This document shows positions 46,580 to 54,399 of a DNA stretch of 64,000 bases, piece by piece (position 1 is the first letter of the stretch; the number at the start of each line of letters is the position of its first letter). Below the pieces are notes generated by a model, which saw nothing but the letters and a program-made list of their open reading frames with translations, was not told where the DNA came from and did no database searches. The stretch is taken from assembly GCA_021802485.1 (NCBI GenBank), contig JAJZXF010000003.1:1636-65635 (forward strand), read 5' to 3'. The stretch is from Actinomycetes bacterium. GTDB lineage: Bacteria > Actinomycetota > Acidimicrobiia > Acidimicrobiales > JAJZXF01. A program made the translations under genes and the position numbers.

Positions 46580-46865
46580 ATGAAGTTGTCCGAGTTGGCA
46601 GAGCAAGAGGGCATCCACTACCAGACTGCGTGGAAGTGGTTCAAGGACGGAAAGCTCCCAGTCCCTGCCGTCCGCACGCGATCGGGGACGATCTTGGTGG
46701 AGGTGCCACGGGCGACCAGCGATCCGACCTCGACCGTCAGGTTGCCCGCATTACCGAGTGGGCCACTGCACTGGCGATGGCCGTCTCCGAGGAGGTGATC
46801 GAGGTCGGATCAGGGATGAATGGACGCCGTCGCAAGCTCTCTCGATTGCTCACTGACGCAACGCC
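46580..46865 (+). pseudogene. IS607-type serine-recombinase transposase (tnpA) relic
   Basis: HTH part: MKLSELAEQEGIHYQTAWKWFKDGKLPVPAVRTRSGTILVEV (frame of ORF 46580..46798). It continues in another frame as DQRSDLDRQVARITEWATALAMAVSEEVIEVGSGMNGRRRKLSRLLTDATP. The YARVSS catalytic-Ser segment is missing, and the gene is cut at 46865 by the IS3-family element. Confidence 0.65.
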
Positions 46866-46904
46866 TGAGGTGTGTCTGACTTCGCGATAGAGATCCCGTT
46901 TCGA

Positions 46905-48002
46905 TCAAACCACATCATGGGGTCTCCGGTCGGGTTGTTTCTGTGTTGGATTTCTATGATAGGCGAGTCTGCGAAGGCGTGCTGATTCCAGTCCGGCCTC
47001 TCGTGCCTTGCGGATCGCTGGGCCACGTCCCTCGTGCTCGTCGTCGGGGGTTACATAGCCAATCCCGGCATGGAGGCGTACCCCGTTGTAGTGGGTGCGG
47101 ATGACAGCGAGCTCGGCCCGCAGAACCGCTGGATCCTCTATTTCGAGCAGGTGGGGGTTCTCCATCTTCAGGTGTCCGTTGAAGGACTCGATCCACGCTT
47201 GATCGGTCGGGGTCCCAGGCCGACCGAAGTGCTGGGCAATCGCACACATAGCCATGAACTCCCGGGTCGATCCCGAGGTCATCTGTGGTCCATTGTCTGA
47301 CACTGCGAGCAAGACGGGTCGGTTCTCGTCATCGACTCCTGGATCGACCAGAGCGTCAGCACGGGCTTCGACAAGTGCGAGTAGTCCCTCTGCACAAAGC
47401 GCGTCAGTGAAGACGATCTCGACCTGGGTGGAGGTCTCCTCGCAGGAGACGATGTCGGCCAGCCACTTGCGGCTCACCAGATCCTCGACGATCGTCACTG
47501 CCATTTTGCAGCGGGGAAAATGAGTCGTGTCGTAGATCCAGATCTGGTTCGGGCGGTACTGAACCCATTCGGGGAATGGCTTGCGCAAAGAGGTCCCCGG
47601 TCGTGGCGGTGCTTTGAGATGAAGCCCGTGAGCAGCAAGGACACGCCGTAGTGATGAGGGAGACACCCATACGCACTCCAGGTAGGAGCCCCGGTGGGCG
47701 AGCTTGCGGTGAGAGCGATCGACATCTCCCCACTCGTGGTAGAGCGCTACGATCTCTGTCACCTCGTCATCTAAGAGCCCGTGCATCGGGTTGCCTCCTG
47801 GTGCACGGTCTGAGAGCTCGCCAGCTACCCTGCGCTCGACCCACCGATAGACCCGGAGCTCGTTGAGTTCGAGTTCTCTGCACGCAGAGCGAAAGCTCCA
47901 GCCTTGATCGCAGGCGGCATCGATGAGCTCGAGCAGTGCTTCCTTGGTGGCCGCATCGACTCGGCTTGGGACTTGGCCACTCAGCCCCAGCGTCCTTTTC
48001 CC
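46905..48002 (-). CDS. IS3-family transposase OrfB (rve/DDE), expressed as OrfAB fusion
   Basis: Part of ORF 46905..48449 downstream of the slippery site. DDE candidates: IWIYDTTHF, LAVSDNGPQMTS, AWIESFNGHLK. Confidence 0.85.
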   Translation of the reverse strand, partial: GKRTLGLSGQVPSRVDAATKEALLELIDAACDQGWSFRSACRELELNELRVYRWVERRVAGELSDRAPGGNPMHGLLDDEVTEIVALYHEWGDVDRSHRKLAHRGSYLECVWVSPSSLRRVLAAHGLHLKAPPRPGTSLRKPFPEWVQYRPNQIWIYDTTHFPRCKMAVTIVEDLVSRKWLADIVSCEETSTQVEIVFTDALCAEGLLALVEARADALVDPGVDDENRPVLLAVSDNGPQMTSGSTREFMAMCAIAQHFGRPGTPTDQAWIESFNGHLKMENPHLLEIEDPAVLRAELAVIRTHYNGVRLHAGIGYVTPDDEHEGRGPAIRKAREAGLESARLRRLAYHRNPTQKQPDRRPHDVV

Positions 48003-48343
48003 TCGACAAGCATCAGCTTTACCGCCATCTCTTTCAACGCCTCTCCCAAGCGGACAGCATCTGCCCGGGCGGCTTCGAGCTCGTAGTCGCGTTGCTTGGT
48101 CTTGGCACCGGATTTGGAGTTCGCCAGCGCGGCCAGAGCACCCTCTTTGGCAACGGTTCGTATGCGCATGACGACGCCACGATCTACTCCGTTCTGCTCG
48201 GATGCCTCTGCCATTGTCACCTCCTGGCGAACGAGCTGGAGGAAGATCTCGTACTTTTGCAACGGGGTCAAGAATCGCTTGGATCGCCTTCCGGCGCGGT
48301 CGGTTCCACGGGTGGGATCGGTCATAGGAAGATACTCCTCCAC
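47981..48343 (-). CDS. IS3-family transposase OrfA (HTH + leucine-zipper-like)
   Basis: 120-aa ORF (alternative start MTDP at 48325). Sequence: FLTPLQKYEIFLQLVRQEVTMAEASEQNGVDRGVVMRIR. The helical tail ends VEGKGRWG, overlapping orfB in the -1 frame. Confidence 0.85.
   Translation of the reverse strand: MEEYLPMTDPTRGTDRAGRRSKRFLTPLQKYEIFLQLVRQEVTMAEASEQNGVDRGVVMRIRTVAKEGALAALANSKSGAKTKQRDYELEAARADAVRLGEALKEMAVKLMLVEGKGRWG
47996..48002 (-). promoter_or_regulatory. -1 programmed ribosomal frameshift heptamer G GGA AAA
   Basis: In the orfA frame: GAG GGA AAA GGA CGC TGG GGC TGA. Slipping to GGG AAA AGG ACG CTG gives ...GKRTLGLSGQVPSRVD, which is the orfB frame. Confidence 0.7.
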
Positions 48344-48415
48344 TGGTCGTGGAAACCCGCGGATGTAGTTTGATTGACGGACCGATCTCTATCACGAAGT
48401 CAGGTGCAAACCACA

Positions 48416-48570
48416 ACCATGTCAGCATACGTGTTGGCATGGGGTGCAATTAGATTGTTAGTCCCTTGAAGCGTAAACCACGCCATAGTGCCAAACAGCG
48501 CGAGGATCACGCCAACAACGACAATCGAGACCTTGGAGTTCCCCAAGACTCCTCTCATGACCTTGCGCAT
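48416..48570 (-). pseudogene. 5-prime fragment of a third copy of the ~200-aa membrane-anchored paralog, cut by the IS
   Basis: MRKVMRGVLGNSKVSIVVVGVILALFGTMAWFTLQGTNNLIAPHANTYAD aligns with the N-termini of the 50765..51367 and 53704..54336 products. Homology stops at the IS end (48415). Confidence 0.75.
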
Positions 48571-48801
48571 CTCAGGCACTCTTCACGATCTTTGAGGCTC
48601 GGCCTCATCGAGCAGCATCAACGGTTTCATCACCTAAACGCCCACAAGCTTACGACGGTTCATGAAGTCATCTCTGTAGATAGCAAGCACCAACTGGTCC
48701 CAGCGCCTGCCTGCATGATAGATATGGCCGCGCAGACATCATTCTTGGTGTAATGATGAAGGCCACTTTGGATGAAAGGCCATCGGTGCTGGTAGCAGAG
48801 C

Positions 48802-49422
48802 TCAGCTTGTGGCCATACCAACTATTGGCTTGTTCAAGTGCTTTGCACCCATTGAGCCGTAGAACTTCGCGTCACCGAAGCTGAAGATTCCGCCGTCTGA
48901 TGCTACGAACCAGTAACCCTTGCCATCTGGGGTTGCAGCCATACCAACTATTGGCTTGTTCAAGTGCTTTGCACCCATTGAGCCGTAGAACTTCGCATTG
49001 CCGAAGCTGAAGATTCCGCCGTCTGAGGCTACGAACCAGTAGCCCTTGCCGTCTGGCGTAGCTGCCATGCCAACTATTGGCTTGTTCAAGTGCTTCGCAC
49101 CCATAGAGCCGTAGAACTTCGCGTCACCGAATGAGAAGATTCCGCCATCTGACGCTACGAACCAGTATCCCTTGCCATCTGGCGTAGCAGCCATGCCAAC
49201 TATTGGCTTGTTTAGGTGCTTTGCACCCATCGAGCCGCAGAACTTCGCATCACCGAATGAGAAGATTCCGCCATCTGAGGCGACGAACCAGTAACCTTTG
49301 CCATCTGGGGTAGCAGCCATACCGACAATTGGAGCGTTCAAGTGCTTTGCACCCATAGAGCCGTAGAAGTTCGCGTCACCGAAGCTGAAGATTCCGCCGT
49401 CTGACGCTACGAACCAGTAGCC
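48802..49422 (-). repeat. 5 x 126-nt near-identical coding tandem repeat
   Basis: Period measured from CCATACCAACTATTGGC at 48813 and 48939. The unit encodes GYWFVASDGGIFSFGDAKFYGSMGAKHLNKPIVGMAATPDGK. Confidence 0.9.
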
Positions 49423-50673
49423 AATCCCAGAAGGCGACATTGGCGAGGTGCTATAAGCAAGGATCAGGTTCTGGTATACGGATGCGCTCTTGTATGAACC
49501 TGTAGCCACGCAGAAACTCGAGCCTACGCATGAGACTGAACTGAGATAGTTTGTCTTGGTCGAAGAGGTAGACAACGATGCTGCAGAGTCTAGAGACCAG
49601 GCGCTCCCGTTCCAGGTGAGGACCAGGTTCTGAGCGTAACCAGCGGCATCGATATATTTCCCACCTGCTACACAAAAACTCTGGCTCGTACACGAAACCG
49701 ATCTGAGAGCATCAGCACTACTCCCGGGAGCTGGAAGCGATGCTTGGGTATCCACGGACCATTTGCTCCCGTTCCAGGTGAGGACCAGGTTCTTATCAGT
49801 AGTTCCGTTGTAGAAGACCCCCGCCGCTACGCAAAAACTCGCACTCGCACACGAAACAGACTTCAGTTCATTGAACTGCGACGCCGATGTCGAAAGAGAC
49901 GAAGCGGCATCGAGTGTCCAGGTGTTCCCATTCCAGGTGAGGAGGAGGTTCTGGGACTCTTTGCCTGGACTATAATAACCTGCTGCAACACAGAAACTCG
50001 CACTCGTGCATGATATTGACGTGAACCCGCCTGGCTGGCCCGTGGGGGTAGACAGCGACGCTGCGGTGTCGAGTTTCCATGTACTTCCATTCCAGATGAG
50101 GAGAGTAGTCTGCGGATTACCACTCCCGTTGATGTAGACACCCACCGCAACACAGAAGCTCACACTCACGCACGAGATGGAGGCCAGCACGTTGTCCTGG
50201 GTTGCGGAGGTGGACAACGACGCGGCGGTGTCGAGTGTCCAAGTGCTCCCATTCCAGGCGAGGAGGAGGTTCTGAGCGTTTCCGCTCCCGTTGATGTAAT
50301 ACCCGGTCGCTACGCAGAAGCTCACACTTGAACACGATACCGACATGAGGAAACTCGCAGCTGTAGACAATGATGGCGAAGGGTCGAGAAGCCATCTAGT
50401 CCCGTTCCAAACAAGGACCATGTCCTGTGGATGACTGCTCGCATTCGAATAGAATCCTGCCGCGACGCAGAACTTCTCGCTCACACACGATACGGATTCC
50501 AGTGCATTCAACTGCGTTGCAGATACGGACAATGACGACGAGGCGTCGAGAGACCACGTAGGCGCCAGCGATGCAGCAGATGCTTGAGGCGTCGAAAGCA
50601 TCGTAAGTGATCCAACAAGCAGCGCTGTCATCACGGCACCAACAGCTCCTGCTCTACAGATACGCGAAGACAC
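48802..50673 (-). CDS. Secreted two-module repeat protein, paralog B (7 Cys-pair repeats + 5 GYWFVASDGG repeats)
   Basis: ORF 48802..50970. Preferred GTG at 50673, 7 nt after GGGAGGAG (rc of 50681-50688), giving the signal peptide MSSRICRAGAVGAVMTALLVGSLTMLSTPQASA. Repeats follow as listed. Confidence 0.85.
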   Translation of the reverse strand: MSSRICRAGAVGAVMTALLVGSLTMLSTPQASAASLAPTWSLDASSSLSVSATQLNALESVSCVSEKFCVAAGFYSNASSHPQDMVLVWNGTRWLLDPSPSLSTAASFLMSVSCSSVSFCVATGYYINGSGNAQNLLLAWNGSTWTLDTAASLSTSATQDNVLASISCVSVSFCVAVGVYINGSGNPQTTLLIWNGSTWKLDTAASLSTPTGQPGGFTSISCTSASFCVAAGYYSPGKESQNLLLTWNGNTWTLDAASSLSTSASQFNELKSVSCASASFCVAAGVFYNGTTDKNLVLTWNGSKWSVDTQASLPAPGSSADALRSVSCTSQSFCVAGGKYIDAAGYAQNLVLTWNGSAWSLDSAASLSTSSTKTNYLSSVSCVGSSFCVATGSYKSASVYQNLILAYSTSPMSPSGIGYWFVASDGGIFSFGDANFYGSMGAKHLNAPIVGMAATPDGKGYWFVASDGGIFSFGDAKFCGSMGAKHLNKPIVGMAATPDGKGYWFVASDGGIFSFGDAKFYGSMGAKHLNKPIVGMAATPDGKGYWFVASDGGIFSFGNAKFYGSMGAKHLNKPIVGMAATPDGKGYWFVASDGGIFSFGDAKFYGSMGAKHLNKPIVGMATS

Positions 50674-50764
50674 GTTCAAGCTCCTCCCATTTCTCCATTT
50701 CTCAATCCCGGTATACGACGCAGAAGTGCAGCGCACACCCCATATCCAAATACCATCTCCATCC

Positions 50765-51367
50765 TCAACTATTTGGCCACCCCGGCGTCCAACCTGACCG
50801 CGGGGCATTGCTCGCTTTGCACACCGACGCGCTGGAGGCCTGATACTCATATCCAATGCGCAGGTGCTCCTTGCGAGCAATAGACCTGTCCCCCACCGTC
50901 TGGCGTTCATACCAGCAGTTCTTACCCACACCCTTAGAGGCCACGATGATCTCCTGGCAGGCATTTCCATCAGCGCAGAGGTCGACTGAGACTATTGCAA
51001 TCATCCCGGGTGTGCGCACTCCCTTTCGCTTGACGGACCCGAAATACGAGGATCTGACAACGGCACCTGTTGTCACACTAACCTTCGCGTATCCGCCAAG
51101 GTACGGATTGGTAACGTACGCGACGATCGCATGTAGGGTGACCCCTCTGTAGGACGTGGCGGTGTGGCCTCCGGCGAGTGAGTAAGCAGCATCTGCAACC
51201 GTTTTGTTGCTACCCTGGGCATAGTTGTCAGCAGTGAGCTTCGGGGTCAGATTGCTAGTCCCGAAGAACGTAATCCATGCCAGGGTGCCAAGCAGCGCGA
51301 GGATCACGGCGGCAAGGCCAAGCGAGACCTTGGAGTTCCCCAATACTCGTCTCATGGCACTTAGCAC
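50765..51367 (-). CDS. Membrane-anchored Cys-containing protein, paralog 2
   Basis: 200-aa ORF (GTG at 51367 or ATG at 51355). N-terminal TM: VSLGLAAVILALLGTLAWITFF. Conserved C-terminus: VDLCADGNACQEIIVASKGVGKNCWYERQ ... VCKASNAPRSGW. No family recognised. Confidence 0.7.
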   Translation of the reverse strand: MLSAMRRVLGNSKVSLGLAAVILALLGTLAWITFFGTSNLTPKLTADNYAQGSNKTVADAAYSLAGGHTATSYRGVTLHAIVAYVTNPYLGGYAKVSVTTGAVVRSSYFGSVKRKGVRTPGMIAIVSVDLCADGNACQEIIVASKGVGKNCWYERQTVGDRSIARKEHLRIGYEYQASSASVCKASNAPRSGWTPGWPNS

Positions 51368-51602
51368 CTCAGGAACTCTTCACGATCTTTGAGGCTCGGC
51401 CTCATCGAGCAACATCAACGGTCTCATTATGTCAGCACCCACAAGCCTACGACGGCTCATGAAGTCATCTCTGTAGATAGCAAGCACCAACTAGTCCCAG
51501 CGCCTGCCTGCATGGTAGATGTGGCCGCGCAGGCATCCTTCTTGTTTGATGTAGTGATCAAGGCCACTTTGGACGAAAGGCCATCGGTACTGGTCGCAGA
51601 GC

Positions 51603-52349
51603 TCAGCTTGTGGCCATACCGACGATCGGTTTGTTCAAGTGCTTTGCGCCCATCGAGCCATAGAACTTCGCATCACCAAAGCTGAAGATGCCGCCATCTG
51701 ATGCTACGAACCAGTAACCCTTGCTATCTGGGGTAGCAGCCATGCCGACGATTGGTTTGTTCAAGTGCTTTGCACCCATCGAGCCATAGAACTTCGCATC
51801 ACCAAAGCTGAAGATGCCGCCATCTGAGGCTACGAACCAGTAACCCTTGCCATCTGACGTAGCTGCCATACCGACGATCGGAGCGTTCAAGTGCTTTGCA
51901 CCCATCGAGCCATAGAACTTTGCATCACCGAAGCTGAAGATGCCCCCGTCTGATGCTACGAACCAGTACCCCTTGCCATCTGGGGTAGCAGCCATTCCAA
52001 CGATCGGCTTGTTCAAGTGCTTTGCACCCATGGAACCGTAGAAGTTCGCATCACCGAAGCTGAAGATTCCCCCATCTGATGCCACGAACCAGTAACCCTT
52101 GCCATCTGGCGTAGCTGCCATGCCGACGATCGGTTTGTTCAAGTGCTTTGCGCCCATCGAGCCGTAGAACTTCGCATCACCAAAGCTGAAGATGCCGCCA
52201 TCTGAGGCTACGAACCAGTAACCCTTGCCGTCTGGGGTAGCTGCCATACCGACGATCGGCTTGTTCAAGTGCTTTGCACCCATCGAGCCGTAGAACTTCG
52301 CATCACCGAAGCTGAAGATGCCTCCATCTGATGCTACGAACCAGTAACC
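51603..52349 (-). repeat. 6 x 126-nt near-identical coding tandem repeat
   Basis: Same unit as at 48802-49422, with one more copy. Confidence 0.9.
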
Positions 52350-53612
52350 AATCCCGGGAGGCGACATTGGTGGCGGCATCGGTGAGGTGCCATAGGAAAG
52401 GATCAGGTTCTGGTATATCGATGCGCTCTTGTATGCTCCTGTAGCCACGCAGAAACTCGAGCCTACGCATGAGACGGAACTGAGATAGTTGATCTTGGTC
52501 GAAGAGGTAGACAACGATGCTGCAGAATCGAGCAACCAGGTGCTCCCGTTCCAAGTGAGGACCATGTTCTGGGTCTGACCAGCTGTATCGGTATATTTCC
52601 CACCTGCTACACAAAAACTCTGGCTCGTACACGAAACCGATCTGAGAATATCAGCGCTAGTCCCAGAAGTTGAAAGCGATGCTTGGGCATCCAGGGACCA
52701 CTTGCTTCCGTTCCAGGTGAGGACCAGGTTCTTGTCAGTAGTTCCGTTGTAGAACAGCCCCGCCGCTACGCAAAAACTCGCACTCGCACATGAAACGGAC
52801 TTCAGTTCATTGAACTGTGACGTCGATGTCGAAAGAGACGAAGCGGTATCGAGCGACCAGGTGTTCCCATTCCAGACAAGGAGGAGGTTCTGGGCCATCT
52901 TGTCTGGACTATAGAAACCTGCTGCAACACAAAAACTCGCACTCGTGCAAGATATTGACATGAAGCCGCCTGGCTGGCCCGTGGGGGTAGACAGCGACGC
53001 TGCGGTATCGAGTTTCCATGTACTTCCATTCCAGATGAGGAGAGTAGTCTGCGGATTACCACTCCCGTTGATGTAGACACCCACCGCAACGCAGAAGCTC
53101 ACACTCGCACACGAGATGGAATACAGCATGTTGAACTGGGTTGCGGAGGTGGACAACGACGCAGCGGTGTCAAGTGTCCAAGTGCTCCCATTCCAGGTGA
53201 GGAGGAGGTTCTGAGGGTTTCCGCTCGTGTTCATGTTATACCCAGTCGCTACGCAGAAGTTTACACTTGCACACGATACCGACGTGAGGCCACTCGCAGC
53301 CGTGGACAATGACGGCGAAGAGTCGATAAGCCATCTAGTCCCGTTCCAAACAAGGACCATGTCCTGCGGCCGGCTACTCGGATTCGCATAGTATCCAACC
53401 GCGACGCAGAACTTCTCACTCACACACGATACGGAGCCCAAGCCATTGTCCTGCGTTGCGGATGTGGACAACGACGGCGAGGCGTCGAGAGACCACGTAG
53501 GCGCCAATGAAGAAGCAGATGCTTGAGGTGTCGAAAACATCGTAAGTGATCCAACAAGCAGCGCCGTCATCACGGCACCAACAGCTCCTGCTCTACAGAT
53601 AAGCGAAGACAC
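51603..53612 (-). CDS. Secreted two-module repeat protein, paralog A (7 Cys-pair repeats + 6 GYWFVASDGG repeats)
   Basis: ORF 51603..53921. Preferred GTG at 53612 after GGGAGGAG, as in paralog B. The signal peptide is nearly identical to B. Confidence 0.85.
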   Translation of the reverse strand: MSSLICRAGAVGAVMTALLVGSLTMFSTPQASASSLAPTWSLDASPSLSTSATQDNGLGSVSCVSEKFCVAVGYYANPSSRPQDMVLVWNGTRWLIDSSPSLSTAASGLTSVSCASVNFCVATGYNMNTSGNPQNLLLTWNGSTWTLDTAASLSTSATQFNMLYSISCASVSFCVAVGVYINGSGNPQTTLLIWNGSTWKLDTAASLSTPTGQPGGFMSISCTSASFCVAAGFYSPDKMAQNLLLVWNGNTWSLDTASSLSTSTSQFNELKSVSCASASFCVAAGLFYNGTTDKNLVLTWNGSKWSLDAQASLSTSGTSADILRSVSCTSQSFCVAGGKYTDTAGQTQNMVLTWNGSTWLLDSAASLSTSSTKINYLSSVSCVGSSFCVATGAYKSASIYQNLILSYGTSPMPPPMSPPGIGYWFVASDGGIFSFGDAKFYGSMGAKHLNKPIVGMAATPDGKGYWFVASDGGIFSFGDAKFYGSMGAKHLNKPIVGMAATPDGKGYWFVASDGGIFSFGDANFYGSMGAKHLNKPIVGMAATPDGKGYWFVASDGGIFSFGDAKFYGSMGAKHLNAPIVGMAATSDGKGYWFVASDGGIFSFGDAKFYGSMGAKHLNKPIVGMAATPDSKGYWFVASDGGIFSFGDAKFYGSMGAKHLNKPIVGMATS

Positions 53613-53703
53613 GTTCAAACTCCTCCCATTTCTCCATTTCTCAATCCCGGTATACAACGCAGAAGTGCAGCGCACACCCCATATCCAAATACCATCTCCA
53701 TCC

Positions 53704-54336
53704 TCAACTATTTGGCAACCCCGGTATCCAACCTGACCGCGGGGCATTGCTCGCTTTGCACACCGACACACTGGATGCCTGATACTCATATCCAATGCGC
53801 AAGTGCTCCTTGCGAGCAATAGACCTGTTCCCCACCGCCTGGCGTTCGTACCAGCACTTGTTGCCAACACCCCAGGATGCCACGACAATTTCCTGACATG
53901 CCTTGCCGTCAGCACAAACATCTACTGACACCTCAGACAATAACTTACCCCTCGGGAGCGATAACTGTCCCGGACGTGTAGCGGTAGTTCTTGGTGGTAG
54001 CGCTCGTGGAGCGCTCGTTACTGCCCCGCTGATCATTCTTGGTTTCACTCTATAAGCGAAATACTCGAGTCCGTAAGCATCATCTGTCGCGATGGCATGC
54101 AGTGTGACCCCGTTATAGGATGTCGCATTACGACCTCCAGCAAGTGAATACGCTGCGTTGAGAACCGCAAAGTCGCTCACTTGGGCATAATTGTCAGCAG
54201 TAACATTTAGCGGCAGGTTATGCGTTCCTAGAAACGTGGGCCACACGAGTGCGCCAAGGAGCATCAAGAATGGCACGGCAGCAAGGCCAAGCGAGACCTT
54301 GGAGTTCCTCCGGATTCGTCTCATGACACTTAGCAC
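53704..54336 (-). CDS. Membrane-anchored Cys-containing protein, paralog 1
   Basis: 210-aa ORF. The N-terminal 90 aa and C-terminal 75 aa are close to the 50765..51367 product. The central 50 aa could not be aligned by eye. Confidence 0.7.
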   Translation of the reverse strand: MLSVMRRIRRNSKVSLGLAAVPFLMLLGALVWPTFLGTHNLPLNVTADNYAQVSDFAVLNAAYSLAGGRNATSYNGVTLHAIATDDAYGLEYFAYRVKPRMISGAVTSAPRALPPRTTATRPGQLSLPRGKLLSEVSVDVCADGKACQEIVVASWGVGNKCWYERQAVGNRSIARKEHLRIGYEYQASSVSVCKASNAPRSGWIPGLPNS

Positions 54337-54399
54337 CTCAGGAACTCTTCACGATCTTTGAGGCTCGGCCTCATCGAGCAACATCAACGGTTTCATCAC

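Larger units (their letters stand above)
46866..48415 (-). mobile_element. IS3-family insertion sequence (1550 bp), no target-site duplication seen
   Basis: Imperfect terminal inverted repeats TGAGGTGTGTCTGACTTCGCGATAGAGATC (46866-) and, on the reverse complement from 48415, TGTGGTTTGCACCTGACTTCGTGATAGAGATC. Similarity extends about 45 nt and the ends are TG...CA. Contains orfA/orfB with a frameshift site. Flanks read ACGCC versus ACCAT. Confidence 0.85.

Noticed and set aside
46905-48449. 514-aa ORF read as a single transposase
   Set aside because: The first ~150 residues are the orfB frame read across orfA and the IS end, giving an Arg/Pro-rich sequence with no motif. The orfA/orfB organisation with a G GGA AAA slippery site explains the locus.
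48466-48753. Plus-strand ORFs 48466..48753 and 51389..51685 (95-98 aa, mutually similar)
   Set aside because: Both are antisense to degenerate copies of the 3-prime end of the carrier-GNAT gene and the start of the ~200-aa gene. Their similarity is explained by the segmental duplication.
48802-52349. Regularly spaced direct repeats that could suggest a CRISPR array
   Set aside because: The 126-nt units are contiguous with no spacers. They lie in one long reading frame encoding a 42-aa protein repeat.
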